64,000 bases of DNA from Eledone cirrhosa (lineage: Eukaryota), in the NCBI GenBank assembly GCA_964016885.1, contig OZ024745.1:24738001-24802000 (forward strand), given 5' to 3'. Each line of letters begins with the position of its first letter. Position 1 is the first letter of the stretch. Both the position numbers and the translations under genes were made by a program. The notes beneath the pieces were generated by a model, which was not told where the DNA came from, did no database searches, and was given only the letters and a program-made list of their open reading frames with translations. Shown here in pieces: positions 40,197 through 54,400 of the stretch.

Positions 40197-40280
<84 letters not shown>

Positions 40281-40304
40281 CAGCCATGTAGAGCGATAGA
40301 CTAT

Positions 40305-40591
40305 TATATATATAGAGAGAGAGGGGGGGTAGAACACTGTGGAAGGTAATATCCGTAGTGGTAGAGCACTCAGTCCATGGGACGAATTAGGTAGAAGTGG
40401 TTACACAACAGTTAGTTCACCATACCGAGAACAATTGTTTCACCTCAGCGGATCCTCAGCTCGGATTGGTCATGGTTATACGGAATGCGGTTGGTCTTCC
40501 TGTTCCGTATAACCATGACCAATCCGACCTGAGGATCCGCTAAGGTGAAACAATTGTTCTCAGTATGGTGAACTAACTGTTGTGTTACCAC

Positions 40592-40593
<2 letters not shown>
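40305..40593. mobile_element. Fold-back pLTR-like insertion (IR 40395-40485 / 40503-40593)
   Basis: ~90-bp arms, 17-nt spacer, hammerhead in each arm, right end at (TA)n. Confidence 0.85.
40425..40464 (-). ncRNA. Minimal type I hammerhead ribozyme
   Basis: ccgag-CTGAGGA-tccgctgaggt-GAAA-caattg-TT-ctcgg; mirrored copy on + at 40524-40563 with stem I mismatches. Confidence 0.8.
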
Positions 40594-40618
<25 letters not shown>

Positions 40619-40623
<5 letters not shown>

Positions 40624-41768
40624 ATACTTGGGGAGGGTCATATTGTGGTAATAATATTGCCAGAATTAATAACAGAACACACTCACTGTTTGGTTGGTTT
40701 TCGCTTCTGTGTCTTTTATATCAGTTAATTTAATTTATTCGGTCCTCAATGTTTACCATTGATTGACCATCGGTCAAAAATACAGATATAATATAGACAC
40801 AAACACATATATATAGTCTAACAAAGTTCTTTCGTTGCACATCTGCAACATCGTCAGTGGTGCTATTATGTTTCCTCCTGTTGTATTGTATGTCTACGCC
40901 ATCTTTATTTAATCCCTTTATTTATTTATTTATTTATTTTTGTCTTCTTCTCTGCGCATGCGTTTGCGTGTGTGTATAGTGTTTGATGTATGTTCGTGTT
41001 TGGGTGACTGTGTTTTGGTTATTGTATTCTATCTTAGTTTACTAGTGTGTGTTTATATGTGTTTCTTGTTATTGTGATTGTGTATGTATTTATTTATTTA
41101 TTTATACTTCTCTTAGGTCAGTATTGTTTGTTTGGGTGTTGTTGTTATTCCATTCATTTTTTTCTGTTTAGCTTTGGCCTTCTAAGTTCTATTTCGCTGG
41201 CCTCTCTGATTTGCCTATCTGCTGGGTCTTTTCTATGTTTAGATATTATTTTAATTTCTATGTTGTCTATGTTACTGTCGTGTTGTCTGGCGTGTTCGTA
41301 TAGTACTGAACCGTTTTTACGTCCTTTCAGTTCCTCCCAGTGTTGGTCTATCCTTTCACCTATGCTACGAGCTGTCTCGCCTATGTATGTTGTTGTCATG
41401 TTTCTGCATGTACCCTCTGTACATCTTATACTATAGACTACGGTTCTAGTTTTACAGTTTATCCGGGGGTTTACTTTACATATAATACATTTTCTATTGG
41501 TACAGTGGGTTTTCTTAAAAGGGTAGGTTTTGCTAATCAGGGATTTTATGGTGGTTCCTGGCTTTTCTACCACCTTAATCTTTAAGTGGGTCTTTCTCAG
41601 GGCCTTTCTACACTGGTTAGCTAATTTCCCTCCAGAGGTAACGTCCATGAACATGACACTCTGGTATCTCTGGTTGTCAGACCATGAGGTGGCTTTCCCT
41701 ATCTTATGTCTAGTCCTATCTAAGCTATTCCATGATTTGCTCCTGTATAATGGGCAAATTCCTTTATG
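40619..41768 (-). mobile_element. Older 5'-truncated copy of the large PLE (GIY-YIG region + pLTR)
   Basis: ORF 41154-41654 nearly matches the C-terminus of the 1211-aa protein; hammerhead core at ~40829-40856; same 3' end at (TA)n. Confidence 0.92.
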
Positions 41769-41934
41769 ATCATTATTGTTCTTGTTGTTAATATGATTAC
41801 TGTTGTTGTTGTGGTTGTTATTGTTTCCGTTGCTGCTGCTGCTGATGATGATGATGATGTGGTGCTGTGGCTGTTTTATTTCTGTTGTTGCCGTAACTTA
41901 TGTTACTTGTTGCCTAATATTGTTTTTGTTGTTA

Positions 41935-42100
41935 AACCTCGGCGGGATTTATACCTTTACCTTCCGAGTTCAAATCCCGCTGAGGTTAGCTTTGCCTTTC
42001 ATTCTTACGGGGTCGATAAAATAAAATACCAGTGAGGCGCTGGGGTCGACTTTCTCCTTCCTCCAAATTGTTGGCCTTGTGCCTAAATACGAAACCATTA
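41935..42100 (+). mobile_element. SINE fragment (related subfamily) with short inverted 5' piece
   Basis: GAGTTCAAATCC B box and core; preceded by aacctcggcgggattt, the reverse complement of its own head. Confidence 0.7.
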
Positions 42101-42376
42101 TGTAGTTTGTGATAAACAAAATTACTTCATGGCTATCGTAGGCTCACATGGTCAAAGCTATAACACGAAGAACCATTCTATGTGTACACAGAATGGCTAC
42201 TAAGAGAAAATAACTCAAGCAGGCCAATGGCATGAATTTAGATAATGGGAAATGTAGGGGGGGGGACCTCCGTCGATTCTAACGACGAGTATTCCAGTTG
42301 TTTCAATCAACGAAACATCTGCTCGTCTAATTAACGTACTAGTAGCACAGTATGCACACGCGCGCACACACAGAGA

Positions 42377-42478
<102 letters not shown>

Positions 42479-42900
42479 TATGTGTCTATGTATATGTATA
42501 TATATTTATATTTACGCACACACATAGACACACTGGCGAAGGCTAGTATCTTGGCATGCTAATTAATTTATTGATTAATTAGTTAATTAATTGACCAACT
42601 CGGTTGCTTCTAGCGTCTTATACCTCTAGCCAGAGCCAGGTGTTTCGGTAATCCCGTTGGACATCTTATAATTATTAAGTGATATTCTTTTGTTCCAGGA
42701 TGATACCCTCCTTGATTTTCCATTTATGCAAGATATATTGTACCAATAACGATAACTGTGAGTCTGCCCTCTATTTAGGGTATCAATACCTTCAAGCATT
42801 GAGGGGTTATAAGAGGTTAATCGTTGTACAAGAGAATTTTCTCCTTGTACACCGATAATCTCAGTATATATATACAGTAATAGTATATACTGTATATAGT

Positions 42901-43083
42901 AATAATTGTTTCTAATTTTGGCACAAGGCCAACAATTATCCCAGTGAATTACTGGTACTTTATTTTATCGACGCCGTAAGGATGAAAGGCAAAGGTAACT
43001 TCGGCGGGATTTGAACTCAGACCGTAAAGAGTCGTAACTCTATGTTGCAAAGCATAGCGTCCGACCCTCCACCGATACTGCCT
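42901..43083 (-). mobile_element. tRNA-derived SINE
   Basis: Same SINE family. Confidence 0.83.
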
Positions 43084-43145
43084 ATCCAATAAATACAAAG
43101 ACAAAAATCCAAAGAGAATTCTATGAGGGTTGTATATATATATAT

Positions 43146-43309
43146 AACGAAGGAGTAAGGAACCAGATGGACTATAACGCACCAGAGTACTCAATACTTA
43201 GGGTAGTAGAGTGGGTAATAGGAGAAAGTATGACCCCGACTGCAGAGATCAAGCCGTTTCGACCGCTCGTCGAAACGGCCTGAGTTCTGCTGTCGGGGTC
43301 ATACTTTCT

Positions 43310-43312
<3 letters not shown>
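43146..43312. mobile_element. Fold-back fragment of PLE family 2 pLTR (IR 43222-43263 / 43269-43310)
   Basis: Homologous to 34014-34138; each arm holds GAAA-stem III-GTC-ggggt; (TA)n on both sides. Confidence 0.85.
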
Positions 43313-43381
<69 letters not shown>

Positions 43382-43553
43382 ATATAGTGTATATAAACCA
43401 GTAGAGCAAATATTTACTAGCGCAGATTAAAAGTTTAAGCAAACAATTTCTGCTGAAGGTTGAAAGAAGAAATTGTTTGCTTAAACTTTTAATCTGTGCT
43501 AATAATAAATAAACAAATATACATACATGTATATACATATGCTTATATGTAGG

Positions 43554-43601
<48 letters not shown>

Positions 43602-43646
43602 GCACATATTCACTTACCTACATACGCACATGCGCATATGCATACA

Positions 43647-44244
43647 TTGTGGCTGCCAACACGTTTTCGAGTACGGCCACTACTTTATATCCATGTAGGA
43701 GAACCCCTACCGATGCGCTGAACGAGTGTGACTTTTTAGTCCAGCCAGCGACTTGAAAACTCTGGTACAAACACTACACCTGTGACAATTACTGACACAT
43801 AGTGCTGGGCCCATGGTACCATGTGATGACAAGTGCAGAGAGATCTCCAGATATAAAGCAATGTCTGTGCCGTGAAGCTTTTATAGTGAGCAAAGGCACT
43901 GCACAAAGCCAGTCCCACTCTCTTAACCAAGATGATATTTACCAAAAAGAAGAACAAGTCAACATCATTGGATACCTTCAGGGTTGCAGGTATTATATCA
44001 GAGTTTTCCTTCTCCTAGAATTCTGCCTTGACAAAGGCTAAGGGGTCATCTCTCCCGGTGATTTTGGATGGTCATTGACTCTTAAGAGCTCCTTTGCCCT
44101 TTGACAGGTTTTGTTTTTTAGTCCTGCAGGATGTCCAAAGTCACCCTCCTCACCAAGAAAACTTGGTGGGGTTGCCAGTTTAGTCGCCAACGACCCGACC
44201 ATGGGACAGGTTGTACTGGGATACATGTTACCAGTAGCACCAAC
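43647..44244 (-). mobile_element. RTE-derived non-autonomous element, near full length
   Basis: Colinear with 23076-23672; CATA-type flanks. Confidence 0.85.
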
Positions 44245-44342
44245 ATACATGCATATATACATACGTATGTATGTAGATAGATAGATATTGATATACATTA
44301 ATTTTGGTATACACAAGACGGACTTATATATTCAAGTCTGTG

Positions 44343-47210
44343 TGTGTACACACTCACACACACCTACATAGTATGTTCACCACTGTGTACACACTCACAC
44401 ACACCTACACAGTATGTCCACCACTGTGTACAAACTCACACACTCACACACACCTACACAGTATGTTCACCACTGTGTACACACTCACACACACCTACAT
44501 AGTATGTTCACCACTGTGTACACACTCACACACACCTACATAGTATGTCCACCACTGTGTACACACTCACACACACCTACACAGTATGTTCACCACTGTG
44601 TACACACTCACACACACCTACACAGTATGTCCACCACTGTGTACACACTCACACACACCTACATAGTATGTCCACCACTGTGTACACACTAACACACTCA
44701 CACACACCTACTCAGTATGTCCACCACTGTGTACACACTCACACACACCTACATAGTATGTCCACCACTGTGTACACACTCACACACTCACACACACCTA
44801 CACAGTATGTTCACCACTGTGTAGACACTCACACACACCTACACAGTATGTCCACCACTGTGTACACACTCACACACACCTACACAGTATGTTCACCACT
44901 GTGTACACACTCACACACACCTACACAGTATGTCCACCACTGTGTACACACTCACACACTCACACACACCTACACAGTATGTCCACCACTGTGTACACAC
45001 TCACACACTCACACACACCTACACAGTATGTCCACCACTGTGTACACACTCACACACTCACACACACCTACACAGTATGTCCACCACTGTGTACACACTC
45101 ACACATTCACACACACCTACACAGTATGTCCACCACTGTGTACACACTCACACACACCTACACAGTATGTTCACCACTGTGTACACACTCACACACACCT
45201 ACACAGTATGTCCACCACTGTGTACACACTCACACACTCACACACACCTACACAGTATGTCCACCACTGTGTACACACTCACACAGTCACACACACCTAC
45301 ACAATATGTCCACCACTGTGTACACACTCACACACTCACACACACCTACACAGTATGTCCACCACTGTGTACACACTCACACACTCACACACACCTACAC
45401 AGTATGTCCACCACTGTGTACACACTCACACACTCACACACACCTACACAGTATGTCCACCACTGTGTACACACTCACACACTCACTCACACCTACACAG
45501 TATGTCCACCACTGTGTACACACTAACACACTCACACACACCTACACAGTATGTTCACCACAGTACACACTCACACACTCACACACACCTACACAGTATG
45601 TTCACCACTGTGTACACACTAACACACTCACACACACCTACACAGTATGTGCACCACTGTGTACACACTCACACACACCTACACAGTATGTCCACCACTG
45701 TGTACACACTAACACACTCACACACACCTACACAGTATGTTCACCACTGTGTACACACTAACACACTCACACACTCCTACACAGTATGTTCACTACTGTG
45801 TACACACTAACACACTCACACACACCTACACAGTATGTCCACCACTGTGTACACACTAACACACTCACACACACCTACACAGTATGTTCACCACTGTGTA
45901 CACACTCACACATTCACACACACCTACACAGTATGTCCACCACTGTGTACACACTAACACACTCACACACACCTACACAGTATGTTCACCACTGTGTACA
46001 CACTCACACACACACCTACACAGTATGTCCACCACTGTGTACACACTCACACACTCACACACACCTACACAGTATGTCCACCACTGTGTACACACTCACA
46101 CACTCACACACACCTACACAGTATGTCCACCACTGTGTACACACTCACACACACATACACAGTATGTCCACCACTGTGTACACACTCACACACTCACACA
46201 CACCTACACAGTATGTCCACCACTGTGTACACACTCACACACTCACACACACCTACACAGTATGTTCACTACTGTGTACACACTAACACACTCACACACA
46301 CCTACACAGTATGTTCACTACTGTGTACACACTCACACACTCACACACACCTACACAGTATGTCCACCACTGTGTACACACTCACACACTCACACACACC
46401 TACACAGTATGTTCACTACTGTGTACACACTAACACACTCACACACACCTACACAGTATGTCCACCACTGTGTACACACTCACACACCTACACAGTATGT
46501 CCACCACTGTGTACACACTCACACACACCTACACAGTATGTCAACCACTGTGTACACACTCACACACACCTACACAGTATGTCCACCACTGTGTACACAC
46601 TAACACACTCACACACACCTACACAGTATGTTCACCACTGTGTACACACTCACACACTCACACACACCTACACAGTATGTCCACCACTGTGTACACACTC
46701 ACACACTCACACACACCTACACAGTATGTGCACCACTGTGTACACACTCACACACACCTACATAGTATGTCCACCACTGTGTACACACTCACACACTCAC
46801 ACACACCTACACAGTATGTCCACCACTGTGTACACACTAACACACTCACACACACCTACACAGTATGTGCACCACTGTGTACACACTCACACACTCACAC
46901 ACACCTACACAGTATGTGCACCACTGTGTACACACACACACACACCTACACAGTATGTGCACCACTGTGTACACACTCACACACACCTACACAGTATGTG
47001 CACCACTGTGTACACACTAACACACTCACACACACCTACACAGTATGTGCACCACTGTGTACACACTAACACACTCACACACACCTACACAGTATGTGCA
47101 CCACTGTGTACACACTAACACACTCACACACACCTACACAGTATGTGCACCACTGTGTACACACTAACACACTCACACACACCTACACAGTATGTGCACC
47201 ACTGTGTATA
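44343..47210. repeat. 41/49-bp CA-rich minisatellite array
   Basis: Unit cagtatgtccaccactgtgtacacact(cacacact)cacacacacctaca. Confidence 0.97.
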
Positions 47211-47297
47211 CACCTATACAATGTGTACACGACATATTCGCTATCTCCTTCTCAACGATATCTTAGCTATATCTCTACAGTCTCAATACTATTGTGT

Positions 47298-48322
47298 TAT
47301 TTAGCGTAGATCTGTTTATCCATATATACTCTATTTAATGTAGATCTGTTTATCCATATATACTCTATTTAGTGTAGATCTGTTTAGCCATATATACTCT
47401 ATTTAGTGTAGATCTGTTTAGCCATATATACTCTATTTAGTGTAGATCTGTTTATCCATATATACTCTATTTACTGTAGATCTGTTTATCCATATATACT
47501 CTATTTAGTGTAGATCTGTTTATCCAGATATACTCTATTTAGTGTAGATCTGTTTATCCATATATACTCTCTTTAGTGTAGATCTGTTTAGCCATATATA
47601 CTCTATTTAGTGTAGATCTGTTTCTCCATATATACTCTATTTAGTGTAGATCTGTTTATCCAGATATACTCTATTTAGTGTAGATCTGTTTATCCAGATA
47701 TACTCTATTTAGTGTAGATCTGTTTCTCCATATATACTCGATTTAGTGTAGATCTGTTTATCTATATATACTCTATTTAGTGTAGATCTGTTTATCCAGA
47801 TATACTCTATTTAGTGTAGATCTCTTTAGCCATATATACTCTATTTAGTGTAGATCTGTTTATCCATATATACTCTATTTAGTGTAGATCTGTTTATCCA
47901 TATATACTCTATTTAGTGTAGATCTGTTTATCCATATATACTCTATTTAGTGTAGATCTGTTTAGCCATATATACTCTATTTAGTGTAGATCTGTTTAGC
48001 CATATATACTCTATTTAGTGTAGATCTGTTTATCCATATATACTCTATTTAGTGTAGATCTGTTTATCCATATATACTCGATTTAGTGTAGATCTGTTTA
48101 TCCATATATACTCTATTTAGTGTAGATCTGTTTATCCATATATACTCTATTTAGTGTAGATCTGTTTATCCATATATACTCTATTTAGTGTAGATCTGTT
48201 TAGCCATATATACTCTATTTAGTGTAGATCTGTTTATCCATATATACTCTATTTAGTGTAGATCTGTTTATCCAGATATACTCTATTTAGTGTAGATCTG
48301 TTTATTCATATATACTCTATTT
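47298..48322. repeat. 34-bp minisatellite array (~30 units)
   Basis: Unit atttagtgtagatctgtttatccatatatactct. Confidence 0.97.
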
Positions 48323-48492
48323 GAAAGAAACCAAGTAATAAAGTAAAATAGGTAAACAGCCTAAAACAAACAAAAAAGATGGTGTCGTGGTTCGTACGAC
48401 AGTGTCGCCATTACAAAAATAAATTAAAATACCTAAGACATTGCTTAGAAAATCGATAAAGCCAACTTGAGCATAAACACCATTTTTTATTC

Positions 48493-48533
<41 letters not shown>

Positions 48534-48685
48534 TGTGTGGTGTATGTGTGTGTGTGTGTGTGTGTGTGTTTGTGTGTGGTGTATGTGTGTGTGTGTGTTT
48601 GTGTGTGGTGTATGTGTGTAAAAGGTAAACAGAAATAACAAAACAGACGGCATATATAGATATAGGTATAGATGTAGATATATAA

Positions 48686-48756
<71 letters not shown>

Positions 48757-48772
48757 TACACACTCACACACA

Positions 48773-48837
<65 letters not shown>

Positions 48838-48872
48838 CTGTATATATGTGCATATATATATATATATATGTT

Positions 48873-48903
<31 letters not shown>

Positions 48904-48904
<1 letters not shown>

Positions 48905-49886
48905 CTACCAGTAGGACCCGGCGTTGCACGGGGTAGGAAACGTGAAATAGCAACACGCATATGCAAAGATTGAGGAATGTATCTGTGAACTTTTTGAATT
49001 CCCTTATTCTCAGGGAATGATTGAGGAGCGACGTAGTCAATTGTGTGAAAACCAAGTAGGGATGTACGTTTAAGTAGGGATATTGAGATGACGAAATCAG
49101 CGTGGCAACGCAGCTGCAGCAGAAGGGGTCATAGTGCAATTAGCACAAACGCTGGGCGGCACTGGTTGCACTGCGTTTACACAACAACAAAGGTGCGACA
49201 AAAGGGGTCACCGCGGAATTAGCACAACCTCTGTTCGGCGTATTTGCACAGGGCGTTCATACTGCGGTGTAGGTGCAACAAAAGGGGTCTTAGTAAAAGT
49301 AGCACAGACGTGAGTTTTACGGTGTTAATAACATGTCAACGTATATAGGGCACAGATTTGCGCGTGATGAAAGCACGAAGCGTCAACAGGGCGCCGACAA
49401 AAATTTTAAGGTCTTCCTCATTTCCTCAATCCACCGAAAATGGTCCTGCTTAAATGTAAGTAAGTGTTGTGTCCTCTGTTAAATAAACAAAAATTTTAAC
49501 GAAATATTATACGCTACTTACGATGTTTAAGTAGCGTTTATATTGAAAATGAAAATGGCATGTAATGCCCATTGCTAATTCGTATATTTCCTAGAAACCA
49601 TTAATGGAATCGGAAATTGCTTTTGTCCACAGCAATGCGAGGGGACTAACTAGTATGTGCTGCAAAGTTCGATTAAATCGGCCGGATTATCTTTAATTTA
49701 CGCCTCAAATAAGTCTTAAAATGCCTTTAAAATGCGGTTTTTCACCTAATGCAGGCCCTAGGGCAGAAAAGGTTAAAATGTTTGCCCATTGCGCTTCAAG
49801 AAATATAAGTAACGCATGTGTAAAGTTTGAAAAAAATCGGTCGAGTACTTCTCGAGTTTTAGGGATTTACACAGACAAATAGACAA
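48904..49886 (-). mobile_element. Non-autonomous Helitron-like element with internal ~79-bp repeats
   Basis: Terminal actac + hairpin cccg-gcgttgca-cggg; three diverged aaggggtc...tagcaca units (49120-49310); other end aaagtttgaaaaaaatcgg...acagacaaatagaca. Confidence 0.6.
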
Positions 49887-49904
49887 TATATATATTTCAC
49901 ACAC

Positions 49905-49939
<35 letters not shown>

Positions 49940-50032
49940 TAGTCGCACTTTACCGAAACATGAAACCCTATACCATAGGGTATAACATATACCGTAGCAT
50001 GGCTATAATATATATCACACGACACCTTCATA

Positions 50033-50298
50033 TAATTGTTTCTACTTTTGGCACAAGAGCAGCAAATACCCAGTACATTACTGGTACTTTATTGTATCGA
50101 TACGACCAATCCATAATATACGTTGATAAGTTGGTTGTCTGTCGAGAGTTAACGCTACGACAGCTTTTTGTAGGTTATCTCCCTTTCTTTTCCACGGCAT
50201 TTAAGACTAACTTTATCTCTAGTTATTTTGTTGGAGTGTAAAGTACCAGTAATGCACTGGGTAATTGCTGGCCTTGTGCCTAAAGTAGAAACAGTTAT
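50033..50298. mobile_element. Two SINE 3' fragments in inverted orientation
   Basis: 50033-50100 (-) and 50238-50298 (+) both match the SINE 3' end. Confidence 0.75.
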
Positions 50299-50568
50299 TT
50301 TGTATTAGTTTGGTATTGTTTGGTGTTGGTTTTTGTTTGTTTTTTGTTTCGTTATTTTGTTAGCTATATTTATTGATGTTGTTGTTTGTAATGTCGTTGT
50401 TGTTTAGCCCCAGGTCAATTCTAATTGGTCAGACCAAAGATCAAAGGTATTTCAACTGAGAGACTATTGCAGCTTTATATTTTCACACATAAAGACATCT
50501 AGGACTACATTATCAAATTTGTCTTTTGTGTTTTGAGACCTTAAATTTTTTTGAGGAAGAGGGTGTAC

Positions 50569-50686
<118 letters not shown>

Positions 50687-50871
50687 GTGTGTGTGCGTGC
50701 GTGTGTCTGAGCTTGCATATGTGTGTGTGTTTTATTGTTAATGCTTTCTGTTATATCCCTCCCCCATCCCCATAGCAAACATTACGCTACACAAAACATT
50801 ACGCTTCCTTAATAATTTCCATTTCTTTTTTAACTGAGACATTCGTTTAACATCAACTGCTTCATGAATAT

Positions 50872-50905
<34 letters not shown>

Positions 50906-51426
50906 TGTTATATTTGGGGAGGGTCATATTTGCGTAATATTGCCAGAATTAATAACAGAACACACTCACTGTTTGGTTGGTTTTCGCTTCTCGCTGTCTT
51001 TTATATATATATCTGCGATCTAACTTACTCGGTCCTCAATGTTGCCATTGACTGACCGGCGGTCAAAAATAATACAGATACAATATAGACAAACACATAT
51101 ATATATAGTTTACATAAATCTTTCGTTGCACATCTGCAACATCGTCAGTGGTGTTATATTCATTGTTCCTCCTGTTGTGTTGTATGTCTACGCCATTTTT
51201 TTTTTGTTCAGTCTGTCTATATATTTATTTATTTATTTATTTGCTTGTTTGTTTATCTTATTTTATTTTGTCTTCTTTGCGCATGCGTTTGCGTGTGTGT
51301 ATAGTGTTATGTGTGATGTGTGACTAGTGTGTATAGTGTTGTGTCTGCTGGGTGACTAGTGTGTGTTTATGTGCTTGTGTATGTATTTATTTATCTTATT
51401 TTATTTAATTTAATTTACTTATTTAT

Positions 51427-54400
51427 TTATACTTCTCTTAGGTCAGTGTTGTTTGTTTGGGTGTTGTTGTTGTTCCACTCATTCTTTCTGTTTAGCTTTG
51501 GTCTTCTAATTTCTATTTCACTGGCCTCTCTGATTTGCCTATCTGCTGGGTCATTCCTATGTTTAGATATTATTCTAATTTCTATGTTGTCTATGTTACC
51601 GTCATGATGTTGTCTAGCATGTTCGTATAGTACTGACCCGTTTTTTCGTCCTTTTAGTTCCCCCCAGTGTTGGTCTATCCTTTCACCTATGCTACGAGCT
51701 GTCTCACCTATGTATGTTGTTGTCGTGTTTCTGCAAGTACCCTCTGTACATCTTATGCTATAGACTACGTTTCTAGTTTTACAGTTTATCCGGGGGTTCA
51801 CCTTACATATGATACATTTCCTATTGGTACAGTGGGTTTTCTTAAAAGGGTAGGTTTTGCTGATCAGGGATTTTATGGTGGTTCCTGGCTTTTCTACCAC
51901 CTTTATTTTTAAGTGGGTCTTTCTCAGGGCCTTTCTACACTGGTTAGCTAATTTCCCTCCAGGGGTGGCGTCCACAAACATGACACTCTGATATCTCTGG
52001 TTGTCGTACCATGATGTGGCCTTCCCTATCTTATGTCTAGCCCTATCTAAGCTATTCCATGATTTGCTCCTGTATAGTGGGCAAATTCCTTTCATGTCCA
52101 GTTCTATGAGGGTCTTATACTTTTCCATGGCTCCTTCGTATACTCTGACTCTGTCTCTTTGGTTGTAGCCAGAGAACTGCATGCGGTTGATGAAGTGTTG
52201 GATGTGTCCTTCCATTTCTGTTGGGTCGCACATGCTGGACACATTCTTCATCACTCGTACCAAATCTGCGATCAGAATATTAAACTTAGCACTACTGGAC
52301 ATTGCTGAGTTTTTGAGTATCAGGTATTTGGAGGCCATGGGTTTAGCATAGTGTGAGTGGAGAATTTGGGCTCTCTCGTCTATAGTGTTAATCCAGAGTT
52401 CTGTGTCTAATACAGGTAGTCTATTGTTAGGGTGTTTGGAAGGGAAGTCTATAGTTACAGTTATACTCTGGTGTATGGAATTAGCTATCTGCTGGATGCT
52501 TTCCATCGTGCTACGTTCTAAATCAAACTTGTTAGTGCTCTCTAGTGGGGGTGTTCTTATAACTATATTGATATCGTCTACATAACGAGAGTACATGATG
52601 AGGTCTATGGAGCTTTCATTAAGGAGATCTTTAAGTCTCCTTTCCCACCATACCATGAAAAGGTTGGCAACATCGCCAGCTATGCTGACGCCGATGGCTG
52701 CTCCCTCATTTTGGGTGTAGATTTTCTCATTGAACTTAAATATGTGGCCCTTTAGGGTAGTTTTGATACTAGCCCCTATTGCATGTGCGACCATTTTTCT
52801 TACCTGATCAGTGTTTTGGGGGGTCCGTATAGCTTTGGTCCACCCAATCCACCTTCCTATGGGAGTCTTTTTAGCCATTGAGGTTATGGTGGGGGGTCTA
52901 CCTCTTATAGGTCTACTAGGGCAGAAACATCTAAGGTCATGGCTGTCTAGGTAGTCAGTGTCGTAGGTAAGTCTAAGTAGGAGGCCCAGTTCGTCTGTGT
53001 CGACGTCGCAGAACTCCACCTCACTCTCAATGATCATCTCCACACATCTTTTCACAGCAAAATCAATGTTAATGGATGGGTACAGTGACACCACATCCAT
53101 GCTGCCTATTATGCAGTTGGATAGGCTCCTGTTTTTGTTGCACTCACTGATTCTGCTGAGGAGGTCCTCTGTACTTTCACATACATCTGGGGACATCTTG
53201 ATTATGGGGCGTATAACCATTGAGAGGAAGTAGGAGATCCTGTAGTTGCTAGCTATATTAGCTCCGCATACAGGTCTTGTTGGTGGTCCTATTGTCGGGT
53301 CGTCGACTGTCTTGTGGTCTTTGCGGAGCCCATACAAGGGTGGTATGCCATTGTTAGACGCCTGGAAGTTGTTGGCAGTGCGTCTGCTTGGCTTTAGGAT
53401 GTCAGTCCACATCATCATGTGAGCGTTGAGGATTTTTTCTCTCCCATCGTGTGTTAGTTGTGCAACTTCGCTCGTGTTGGTGATGTGGGGTTGCATTGCC
53501 TCGATGTAGTTCGGCATGCTATCTATTGACATCCTACCAGACTTATCTGTGGGTAGACACACTACCTCACCATCCCTTGTGCGCTGCTTGAGGCTAACCA
53601 AGCCTTCTACAGGTTTTATCCCAAGTTGTTGGGCCTCTGGTCTGCTCTGTCTCATAGTGTACCTGTCTACTACTTGTCTAATCTTATTTCTAGCTATGGT
53701 GAACTGTGCCTCCGTCTCGTCATCTATTTGTTGTGGTATGCAAACTCTTTTATTAAAGGGTAACCTCGTAGGATAGATATTACCCATCTTATATGTTTTG
53801 TCAGCTGGGTTGAAAAATAGTTTCTCTAAGGGGTTGTCGTTATTTCTATCGTCATAGTTGTGTGTGTTGCTATTATTGTTATCATGGTGGTTGTTGTTGT
53901 TTCTATCCTTAGCATTAATATTATTATTGTTATGATTGCTAGATGTATTGTTGTTTACTTCACCGTTATTGTTGTTGTTGTTACTGCTATTTCTACCATT
54001 GTGGTTGTTACTATTATTATGTTTCTTGTTTTTGTTGATGTTGCTACATGTACTATTTCCATTATTACCACTGTGGTTATTGTTGTTGTTGTTGTTCGTA
54101 TTGTTACCGTTATTACTACTGTGGTCACTGTTGCTGTGTCTGTGGTTAACGTTTCTATTATTATTATTATCATTGTGGTTGTTGTTGTTCTGTCTATCGC
54201 TAGTATTATTACCATTATCACTATTTCTCACTTTCCTGCCATTGTTATGGTTATGGCTGTTATTTCTATACCCAGAGTTATTGTTTATATTACTACTACC
54301 GTTATTATTGTTGTTGTTGTTTACCTTTGCATTCCAACGTATTTTTGTGAAACACTTTTCCAGCTCCGTTTTGCATTCCATAGGATTAATCTTTTTGTAG

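Noticed and set aside
44304-47309. Long overlapping His/Thr/Cys-rich ORFs up to 421 aa
   Set aside because: Open in all three frames simply because the CA-rich repeat unit lacks stop codons
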